Part shown: positions 39,303-49,185 of the stretch, piece by piece | Position numbering within the stretch: the first letter of the stretch is position 1 | Layout: every line of letters starts with the position of its first letter | Assembly: GCA_965209055.1 (NCBI GenBank) | Contig: OZ242374.1 | Coordinates: forward strand, 3,264,001-3,328,000 | Length of the DNA stretch: 64,000 nucleotides | Source of the DNA: Acidobacteriota bacterium | Lineage (GTDB): Bacteria > Acidobacteriota > UBA6911 > RPQK01 > JAJDTT01 | Direction of reading: 5' to 3' | Notes under the pieces: generated by a model | Told to the model about the DNA's origin: nothing | The model's input: only the letters and a program-made list of their open reading frames with translations | The model's database searches: none | Translations under genes and position numbers: made by a program

Positions 39303-40045
39303 TGCCGGCACCGGACCGAAACAGCGAATGGACCAGGCTCTATCGATCCTCGATCCTGGCGCTCCTGACGGGCGTTCTGCTGTTGGGATGCGGCGGTTCA
39401 GCTTCGGACGAAGACGAGGGGTTCGTGTCCATCTTCGACGGTGTGAGTCTCGAGGGGTGGCAGGTTGCCGGTGGAGGGACGCTGCAAGACTGGTCCGTCC
39501 ACGAGGGGCGCCTGATCGGCAAGTGCCGGGGACGGACCTCTTACCTGCTTTGGAAGGACCGGGACCTGCGCGACTTCGAGCTCAAGTTGAGCTATCGGCT
39601 GCTGACCGAGGCCAACACCGGGATCGACATCCGGTCCCGGGTCGATGAGACCGGGAAGCGCTATTTCGAGAGCTATCACGCCGACTTGGGGCACGTGGGC
39701 ATCAGAGAGAACATTCTGGGCTCCTGGGACTTCCATTTCGGTTCCCGCCCCGAGCCCTCCAATCCGCGCGGGACCCGGCTGGTCATCGGTGCCGACGAGA
39801 CGCCCCGGCTGACCCGCATCGAAGATCCCCTGACAGTGGATGATGTGAATCGCCGCCCCGAATGGAACCGGGTCCACATCATCGCCCGGGGCAACCACGG
39901 CCGGTTTTTCATCAACGGCAAGCTCTCGTCCGAATTCACCGACAACGCCGAATCCGGGCGTCTGGAGGAGGGAGGGATCGCTTTGCAGTTGCACGATCCG
40001 GGCATTCACGTAGAGTTTAAGGACATTCGTCTCAAGAGACTGTGA
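39299..40045 (+). CDS. DUF1080 (3-keto-disaccharide hydrolase) lipoprotein
   Basis: LLGC lipobox, IFDG.SL.GW, DFEL, ANTG, EWN, G.IALQLH, V.FKDIRLK. Confidence 0.88.
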   Translation: MMPAPDRNSEWTRLYRSSILALLTGVLLLGCGGSASDEDEGFVSIFDGVSLEGWQVAGGGTLQDWSVHEGRLIGKCRGRTSYLLWKDRDLRDFELKLSYRLLTEANTGIDIRSRVDETGKRYFESYHADLGHVGIRENILGSWDFHFGSRPEPSNPRGTRLVIGADETPRLTRIEDPLTVDDVNRRPEWNRVHIIARGNHGRFFINGKLSSEFTDNAESGRLEEGGIALQLHDPGIHVEFKDIRLKRL

Positions 40046-40071
40046 CCGGGAGAGGCCGGGAGGGGAAAAGT

Positions 40072-41097
40072 ATGAACAGAAGATATCTCATGGTGCAGGC
40101 CATCGCCCTGGGGAGCATTTTGGGCCTTTCCTGGTTTCTGACCGGGCCCGGTGGAACCATCTCCGGGAGCGCCGCGGCTCCGGACAAGGTCAACCTGGCC
40201 GTCGGATACCAGGTCGATCCGGAATGGCCTCGCAAACCGGCCGGTCTGGAGTGGGGACAGATGCCCGGTCTGGCCGTCGACGCCCAGGACCAAGTCTGGA
40301 TCTTCCATCGGGGCAAGACTCCGGTCCAGGTTTTCCGCCGGGACGGAACTCTGGTCCGGTCGTGGGACAACGCGAGCTTCAAGAGCGGCCACCATATGAA
40401 AATCGATCCGGAGGGCAACGTCTGGCTCACGGATTCGGGAGCCCACACGGTCTACAAGTACTCGCCCGAGGGTGAGCGGCTCATGACGCTGGGGACTCCC
40501 GGCGAGCCGGGCGAGGACGACCGCCACTTCAACCGCCCCACCGATATGGCCATCACCCCCGCCGGCGACATTTTCGTCACCGACGGGTACGGCAACAGCC
40601 GGGTCGTGCACTTCGACGCCGAAGGACGTTTCGTCAAGACCTGGGGCAAGCTGGGAACCGCCCCGGGAGATTTCGACACGCCCCACGGCATCGTCGTCGA
40701 CTCCAAGGGCCGCCTCTATGTCGCGGACCGCAGCAATGCCCGGGTCCAGGTCTTCGATCAGAGCGGCCGGTTTCTGGCCGAGTGGCGGAATCTCATGGTG
40801 CCCTGGGGGATCTGGGTCACCGAAACCGACGAGATCTACGTCTGCGGGTCCTCCCCCATGCGCTGGGGGAGCGGCGGCCGGCTGGGGGCGCCTCCCAAGG
40901 ACCAGCTCCTCATGAAGCTCAACACGGAAGGACGGGTCCTGGAGCACTGGACCTTTCCCCTGGGTACGATTGGAGAATCGGATCCGGAGCCGGGTTCGTT
41001 GAACTGGGTCCATGCCGTCGCCGTCGATTCCCGGGGCGACGTCTACCTGTGCGACATCCAGGGCCAGCGGGTTCAGCGGATGGTGCGTCTGAATTAG
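40072..41097 (+). CDS. NHL-repeat protein (PAL amidating lyase-like)
   Basis: FNRPTDMA, DGYGNSRV, FDTPHGI, VADRSNARVQVF. Confidence 0.88.
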   Translation: MNRRYLMVQAIALGSILGLSWFLTGPGGTISGSAAAPDKVNLAVGYQVDPEWPRKPAGLEWGQMPGLAVDAQDQVWIFHRGKTPVQVFRRDGTLVRSWDNASFKSGHHMKIDPEGNVWLTDSGAHTVYKYSPEGERLMTLGTPGEPGEDDRHFNRPTDMAITPAGDIFVTDGYGNSRVVHFDAEGRFVKTWGKLGTAPGDFDTPHGIVVDSKGRLYVADRSNARVQVFDQSGRFLAEWRNLMVPWGIWVTETDEIYVCGSSPMRWGSGGRLGAPPKDQLLMKLNTEGRVLEHWTFPLGTIGESDPEPGSLNWVHAVAVDSRGDVYLCDIQGQRVQRMVRLN

Positions 41098-41275
41098 GAG
41101 AGGCGACTTTCTTGTCGCCCACTGGAGGGGAGACTGTCAGTCCCTCCTTCTTTACCTGCGTCGCTGCGTGATTTGGCTGTTGGAAATTGTACGGTGGACT
41201 CCGTCCCCCCTGCCCCCCTGGTCGGCGACAGGAAAGTCGCCGGTCCAATCGGCGGTAAGAAAACCGCCGCTCCTC
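41097..41275. repeat. REP cluster between convergent genes
   Basis: GGCGACTTTCTTGTCGCC, inverted GGCGACAGGAAAGTCGCC and CGGCGGTAAGAAAACCGCCGCTCC. Confidence 0.7.
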
Positions 41276-42874
<1,599 letters not shown>

Positions 42875-42987
42875 TGAGACTCCTCCCGGATTGGGCTGTT
42901 TCTCGCGGATCGCACATTCAAATCCAGAATACCGAAGAATCCCATCGTGCAGGAACAGTGCCTTGGGGAAATCGTTAGACTGACCGT

Positions 42988-44322
42988 ATGCCCGAGTTGC
43001 CGCCTGGACCGCGAGCCCCGCGCTTCATCCAGATGTTCCGATGGATCTTCCGCCCCGTTCCGTTTCTGCGGGCATGTGCCGAGACCTACGGCGACGCCTT
43101 CACCCTTCGCCTGGTCGGAACTCCGCCGGTCGTCTTTTTCAGCGATCCCGCAGCCATCAGGCAAATCTTTTCCGGCGACCCCGAACACCTGCGGGCCGGA
43201 CAGGCCAACAGGGTGAGCTTGGAGCACATCCTGGGCCCCAACTCGATATTGCTGCTCGACGGCGCTCGGCACAAACGGGAACGCAAGTTGTTGATGCCGC
43301 CGTTCCACGGCGAACGAATGCGGTTGTACGGCGAACTGATGACCGGGATTACCGATCGATCGATCGAATCCTGGCCGCAGGAAAGGTCGTTTCCAGTTCA
43401 TTCGCGCATGCAGCAAATCACCCTGGAAATCATTCTGCGCGCCGTTTTCGGAGTGGATGAGGGTCCACTGCTGTCGGACCTGCGCACGCGGCTGATCCGC
43501 TGGTTGAACTTCATCGCGGGGCCGCTCGAGACATGGATCGGTCTTACACAACACCGCTACATCCGGCGTCGCGACCCCCTGCTCCGCCGCATCGACCGGC
43601 TGCTGTATGACCAGATCGCCCGCTGCAAAAAGTCACAACGGAAGAAGCGGGCCGACATCCTGGCCATGCTGGTCGCCGCGCGCGACGAGCATGGCCGCCC
43701 CATGAGCGACGAGGAAATCCGGGACGAAATCATCACCATGCTGGTGGCCGGGCACGAAACGACGGCCACGTCACTGGCGTGGGTGATCTACCGCTTGTTA
43801 CAGAACCCGCAGGTACTGGCCAAGGCCCGGGCCGAAGTGGATTCGGTGACCGGGGAGGGACGGCAGGCGTCCAGGCCAATTGGGGAGCAGGTCGCCGGAC
43901 TCGGCTATCTGGACTCCGTCATCAAGGAGACGGCTCGCCTCAATCCGGTCTTGCCCATCGCCGCCCGCTATCTTGGAATGGACATGCGCATCGGAAACCA
44001 TGAATTGCCGGCCGGCAGTATCGTGTTGCCGTGCATCTACCTCACCCACCGCCGACCCGAGTTGTGGCCGGAACCGGAGGAGTTCAACCCCGACCGGTTC
44101 GTGGGGCGCCGGGTCGATCCGTATACGTTTTTCCCGTTTGGCGGAGGCGTGCGCCACTGTCTCGGCGCGGCGTTCGCCAGCTATGAGATGAAGATCGTAC
44201 TGGCTCGCGTGTTGTCGCGCGTGACCCTGCGATTGGACCCTCGCCACACGGTTCGGGTGGTGCGGCGGGGCATTACATTTGCGCCGTCCGGCGGCGTTCG
44301 GGTGATCCGAGCGGCGGACTGA
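42988..44322 (+). CDS. Cytochrome P450
   Basis: AGHETT I-helix, ETAR (ExxR), FNPDRF, FGGGVRHCLG haem motif. Confidence 0.96.
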   Translation: MPELPPGPRAPRFIQMFRWIFRPVPFLRACAETYGDAFTLRLVGTPPVVFFSDPAAIRQIFSGDPEHLRAGQANRVSLEHILGPNSILLLDGARHKRERKLLMPPFHGERMRLYGELMTGITDRSIESWPQERSFPVHSRMQQITLEIILRAVFGVDEGPLLSDLRTRLIRWLNFIAGPLETWIGLTQHRYIRRRDPLLRRIDRLLYDQIARCKKSQRKKRADILAMLVAARDEHGRPMSDEEIRDEIITMLVAGHETTATSLAWVIYRLLQNPQVLAKARAEVDSVTGEGRQASRPIGEQVAGLGYLDSVIKETARLNPVLPIAARYLGMDMRIGNHELPAGSIVLPCIYLTHRRPELWPEPEEFNPDRFVGRRVDPYTFFPFGGGVRHCLGAAFASYEMKIVLARVLSRVTLRLDPRHTVRVVRRGITFAPSGGVRVIRAAD

Positions 44323-44444
44323 TCTGCCAGTCGCTTGAAGCTGACGTGCCGGTACTTGTCGGGCCTGCCGCGTCTCCATACAATTTCCTTCGAAGTCAGA
44401 TTCCCGGCCGGTCCCCGGCCTGAGAACAGGAGGTACGACCCACC

Positions 44445-46025
44445 ATGATTCGGACCTGGACCCGCTGCCTGTGCCTGATTTGCCTCTTTTTGCTCTTTCC
44501 GGGCGGGGAACTCCGTGGGGAAGGGAAGATCCGCGTTCTCCTGGTCGACGGGCAGAACAATCACAACTGGGTGGAGACCAGCGAGTCGCTCCGCGGCGCC
44601 CTGGAACGCGCCGGCCTTTTCCAGGTGGTCACTTCCACGAGTCCAACCAAGGACGCCGGTCCCGCCGCTTGGAAGGAATGGCGGCCTGAGTTCGGAGCGT
44701 TCGACGTGGTCGTCAGCAACTACAACGGCCAGCCCTGGCCCAACGCTGTGCAGGACGCGTTGGAAGAGTACGTCGATTCCGGAGGGGGCCTGGCCATCGT
44801 CCACGCCGCCAACAACGCCTTTCCCGAATGGGAGGAGTACAACCGGATGATCGGCCTGGGCTGGCGGGACCGGAACTTCGGCGACGCCATCGCCGTCGAC
44901 GACGCCAGCGGCCGGCTCCTGCGTATCGCTCAGGGCGCCGGTATCGGCGCCGGACACGGCCGGCGGCATTCCTATCTGGTCCGGATCCGAAAGCCGGAGC
45001 ATCCCATCATGAAGGGAATTCCGGCCCGCTGGATGCACGCCACCGACGAGCTGTACCACGGACAGCGGGGACCCGCCCTGGACATGACGGTGCTGGCGTC
45101 CGCCTATTCGGACCCGAGGCAAGCCGGGTCCGGCCAGCACGAGCCCCTGGTCTGGGTGATTCCCTACGGCAAGGGCCGGGTCGTCACCAATCTCATGGGA
45201 CATCACTGGCCCGGTCAGGAGCACCGCAACTCACTGCACTGCGTCGGTTTCCAGACCATTTTCACCCGCAGCGTCGAGTGGCTGGCCAGGGACCGGGTCA
45301 CCCTTCCCGTGCCCGATCGGTTTCCCACCACGACGGAGGTCGTGATGGTGGACCTGACGCGGGCGCCCGGGCCCGAAGTGCCGGCGGGACACCGGCTTCT
45401 CTACTACCAGACGATGGGGAGCAAGGAGGCGCTCCGGGACTTCGTCTTCTCCGATCCGTCGGCGTGGCGCTACTCCGGAGGGAGCGAGGACGAGCCGGCG
45501 CTGGAGCATTTCGGGCAGAGCCGGTACGAACCCCCGCACCGGTCCCCCCTGAACATCGCCCTGATCGGCGGCCAGCAGTTCGGCAGTTTCGTGGCGGACC
45601 TGCGGGTCCGGCAGACGGGACGGGAATACGGTCACCGCGATCTCTGCTTCTTTTTCGGTTTCCAGGACCCGGCTCATTTCTACTACGCCCACATCGCTTC
45701 CCGGACCGACGACCACGCCCACAACATCTTTCTGGTCGACGGCCGGGCACGGGTGAAGGTCTCCACGACGACCACCGCCGGACACGACTGGGGCGAACGG
45801 GATTGGCACCAGGTCCGGATCCGGCGCGACCTGGAGAGCGGCTCCATTCAGGTGTTCGTCAATGACATGTCCAAGCCCATCATGAGCGCCCGGGACAAGA
45901 CGTTCGCCGAAGGGTGGATCGGCGTGGGCTCGTTCGACGACACCGGAAAGGTTTCCCGGATACGCATCTGGTCGCCGGAATTCGTTCGCCGAGCGGTCGA
46001 CTTTTTCCCCGGCTCCGATGATTGA
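44445..46025 (+). CDS. ThuA-domain protein fused to a concanavalin-like domain
   Basis: LVDGQNNHNW, VHAANNAF..W.EYN.MIGLG, DELY, YGKGRV...MGH; C-terminal G.IGVGSFDD. Confidence 0.8.
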   Translation: MIRTWTRCLCLICLFLLFPGGELRGEGKIRVLLVDGQNNHNWVETSESLRGALERAGLFQVVTSTSPTKDAGPAAWKEWRPEFGAFDVVVSNYNGQPWPNAVQDALEEYVDSGGGLAIVHAANNAFPEWEEYNRMIGLGWRDRNFGDAIAVDDASGRLLRIAQGAGIGAGHGRRHSYLVRIRKPEHPIMKGIPARWMHATDELYHGQRGPALDMTVLASAYSDPRQAGSGQHEPLVWVIPYGKGRVVTNLMGHHWPGQEHRNSLHCVGFQTIFTRSVEWLARDRVTLPVPDRFPTTTEVVMVDLTRAPGPEVPAGHRLLYYQTMGSKEALRDFVFSDPSAWRYSGGSEDEPALEHFGQSRYEPPHRSPLNIALIGGQQFGSFVADLRVRQTGREYGHRDLCFFFGFQDPAHFYYAHIASRTDDHAHNIFLVDGRARVKVSTTTTAGHDWGERDWHQVRIRRDLESGSIQVFVNDMSKPIMSARDKTFAEGWIGVGSFDDTGKVSRIRIWSPEFVRRAVDFFPGSDD

Positions 46026-46073
46026 CGGGGAGGCGGGAGATCCCTTCTCCTTCGGATGAGTGCGAGGTGACGG

Positions 46074-47987
46074 ATGGACGAGCCGGTGGACGCGGGAAAC
46101 CAGCATCACTTCATTGATTCCGTGCTGGACGATCTTCGAGCTCTCCGCCGGATGCTCGAGCAGGGAAAGATCGAATCCGGTCCACCGAGAATCGGGATCG
46201 AACAGGAACTCTTCCTGGTGGACGACTCTTGGCAGCCGGCTCCGGTGGGTCCCCAGATTCTGGCGGACAACCGGGACCCCCACGTCACTTCCGAGTTGGG
46301 GCGATTCAATCTGGAGATCAACTTCGATCCGCTGGAATTTCGGGGCGGCTGCCTGGAAGAGTTGGAACGGCAACTCGACGGTTCCATTCAGCAATTGGCC
46401 GCCGTGGCGCGGAACCACGGAGCACGCATCCTGCTGACCGGCATTCTGCCGACCCTGACTCTGTCCCGCCTCACCACCGAGAACATGAGCCCGCGACAGC
46501 GGTACCGCACACTCTCGGAAGCGGTCGCGAAGCTGCGCGGCGAAAGCCGGACGCTACGCATCAAGGGAGTCGACGAACTGATGGTCCAGATCAGGACCAT
46601 CATGCTGGAGGCGTGCAATACCAGTTTCCAGGTTCATCTCCAAGTGCCGCCGCCCCAGTTCCCCCGGTACTACAACATCGCCCAATTGGTCACGGCTCCA
46701 GTGCTGGCGGCGGCAGTCAATTCTCCGCTCCTGATGACGAAGAGACTTTGGAAGGAAACCCGAATCGCCCTCTTTCAGCTCTCGGTCGACACCCGCCGGC
46801 CCTTTGCCTACCCGCGGAACTCCAGGCCCCGTGTCGGTTTTGGCGACCGCTGGGTTCGAGACTCGGTCCTGGACATATTCCAAGAGGATGTGGCCCATTT
46901 CCGGGCCCTGATGAAGGTCGAGAGCAAGGAGGATCCATTCCAGGCGCTCTCCCGCAACCGGCTGCCCAAGCTCACGGCCCTCAGCGTGTTCAACGGCACC
47001 GTCTACCGGTGGAATCGTCCCTGTTACGGAGTTCACCAGGGCCGTGCCCACTTGCGCATCGAGAATCGGGTTCTGCCGGCCGGCCCTTCGGTTCTGGACG
47101 AGGTGGCCAACGCCGCCTTCCTCTGCGGCCTGATTACGGGCATGGCCAAAGAGTACGAGGACGTCACCTCCCGGATCTCGTTTGGAGAGGTGAGGTCCAA
47201 CTTCCACGCCGCCGCTCGATTGGGCCTGAACACGCAGTTGAACTGGCTGGATGGAGAATCCACGCCCGCTCCCGAGTTGATTCGCCGGCGGCTCCTGCCC
47301 TTGGCCAGGGAAGGGCTGCAACACCGCGGCATCCGGGCTGAGGACATCGAGCGCTATCTGGGTATCATTGAGAAGCGTGTGGAGAACGGCCAGACCGGCG
47401 CGGACTGGGTGCTGCGATCCTATTCCCGCATGGGAGGCAGCAGGGGCCGGGGCGGGGCTTCCGTGGCCGTGACGGCGGCCACCTATCGCCGGCAGACACA
47501 AGGGAAACCCGTGCACTCCTGGCCTTTGGCGGATGCGGACGAGGGAGGCGACTGGCGGGCCTACTACAAGCGGATCGAGCAATACATGACCCCCGAAGTC
47601 TTCACGGTCCAGCCGGAGGACCCCATCGATCTGGCGGCCAACATCATGGACTGGAAGCAGGTGCGCCACGTCCCGGTGGAAGATGAACGGAACCGGTTGG
47701 TCGGTCTGGTCTCCTACCGGACCATCTTCAGCTTTTTCGTTCGCCAGGGCGCCGGACAACGCAAAATGGAGCCGGTCCGCCGGATCATGAAGCCGGATCC
47801 CATCACCGTGGCTCCCGAGACGTTGACGGAGGACGCCATTGCCATCATGCGGCGAGAGAGGATCGGGTGCCTGCCGGTGGTTCAGGACGATCGGCTGGTG
47901 GGCATCGTCACCTACCGGGACTTCCTGGAGATCGCCGGTCACGTGCTGGAGCAGCAGTTGAGGGCCGGTGGCCACGGCCCGGATTGA
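46074..47987 (+). CDS. Glutamate-cysteine ligase family 2 protein with C-terminal CBS pair
   Basis: GIEQE, ELGRFNLE, EACNTSFQVHLQ, NSP, LRIENR; CBS motifs VRHVPV and IGCLPVV. Confidence 0.88.
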   Translation: MDEPVDAGNQHHFIDSVLDDLRALRRMLEQGKIESGPPRIGIEQELFLVDDSWQPAPVGPQILADNRDPHVTSELGRFNLEINFDPLEFRGGCLEELERQLDGSIQQLAAVARNHGARILLTGILPTLTLSRLTTENMSPRQRYRTLSEAVAKLRGESRTLRIKGVDELMVQIRTIMLEACNTSFQVHLQVPPPQFPRYYNIAQLVTAPVLAAAVNSPLLMTKRLWKETRIALFQLSVDTRRPFAYPRNSRPRVGFGDRWVRDSVLDIFQEDVAHFRALMKVESKEDPFQALSRNRLPKLTALSVFNGTVYRWNRPCYGVHQGRAHLRIENRVLPAGPSVLDEVANAAFLCGLITGMAKEYEDVTSRISFGEVRSNFHAAARLGLNTQLNWLDGESTPAPELIRRRLLPLAREGLQHRGIRAEDIERYLGIIEKRVENGQTGADWVLRSYSRMGGSRGRGGASVAVTAATYRRQTQGKPVHSWPLADADEGGDWRAYYKRIEQYMTPEVFTVQPEDPIDLAANIMDWKQVRHVPVEDERNRLVGLVSYRTIFSFFVRQGAGQRKMEPVRRIMKPDPITVAPETLTEDAIAIMRRERIGCLPVVQDDRLVGIVTYRDFLEIAGHVLEQQLRAGGHGPD

Positions 47988-48002
47988 TCCGGACCGCCTC
48001 GG

Positions 48003-49149
48003 CTACCGGGGGGTGTTCGCCGAAGGGCTCCGTCCGGTCGTGCGTCCGAAGTTGTGGTGCAGCATGGCGGCGGCGATGAGCCCCACGGTCGCCAGCCCGG
48101 ACAGCAGGAGAAAGGTGTGCTGATGCCCGCCGATGCCGGGTGTCGCGTCCAGCAGCCGGCCGGCGATCATGTTGTAGAAGATGTCCGGCGTAAAGCCCAC
48201 CAGGGAGATCACTCCGATGGCCGTTCCGGTCACCGCGCCCGGAACGTGGGTCTGCTCCAACAGGGCGAAGTAGAGCCCGCGTAGCGCGTACACGCCGAAG
48301 ACCGTCACGATCAGGTTCGCATACAGGATCACCACCAGTTCCGGACTCATCCCCAGGAACGACAGAACTCCCCAGCACGCGCCGAGAGAGGCGAACAGCA
48401 CCGTGGTCGTCCAGGCGATCCCGAACCGGTCACCCACGATTCCGGCGAGGATGGCGCCGCCGGGACGGAGGTAGCCCGTCGTTGCGGCGAAGCCGGCGGC
48501 GGCGGTTTCGTTCATCCCCAGCACTTCGTAGTAGTAGAGGGAATAGTTGTCGAGTCCCTTGAAGCCGCAGTAGGCGCAGATCACGATGACGGCCTGCAGC
48601 CACACCGCACGTATCCGCAGGACTTTCCGGACGTTGGACCAGGTCTGCCGCCGGCGTTTTCGGGCGGCTGTGGGCGTCTCGGGTATGAGCCACCACACCG
48701 CGGCGGCCGCCGTCCAGGAGGCCGAACCCACGGCCTTGAGCCAGTTGTCCGCCCCATACCCGGGTTGTGCGGATCAGCGCGCACCAGAAGAGGAAAACGC
48801 TGGACACCCCCCAGAACGCATACAGGACGGACATTCCCAGAAAGCCCGGCAGGGTCATGAGATAGAAGCCGCCCGCGGCTGTGAACAGGAGAGACGCGCA
48901 CATCATCTTCCGGGCCGAAAAGCGATCGGCAAGAATCCCTCCCGGGAAGTACGAAAGCATGGCGGCGATGCCGTAGGGCGCGAAGACGTCGCCCAGGTCG
49001 GCGTTGGAGAAGTCGAAGACTTCAAGCACCGTGGGACGGAAAAACCGCATCAGGTGAAACGGCAGGCTGTAGATCATCTCCCCGGCGAACACCAGGGCGA
49101 ACATGGTGAGAATGCGCGTGCGGGCCTCAGCCGAGATGGTAAATCGCAT
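48003..49149 (-). pseudogene. MFS transporter split by a frameshift/deletion near 48700
   Basis: N-half (GGILADRFSARK...GRGFGLLDGGR) and C-half (WWLIPE...AGIVGDRFG...GFTPD) are in different frames and join at about 48700-48710. Confidence 0.75.
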
Positions 49150-49185
49150 CACGCCGGCGTCCGGGCGGGACACGGCTCCACGGAA

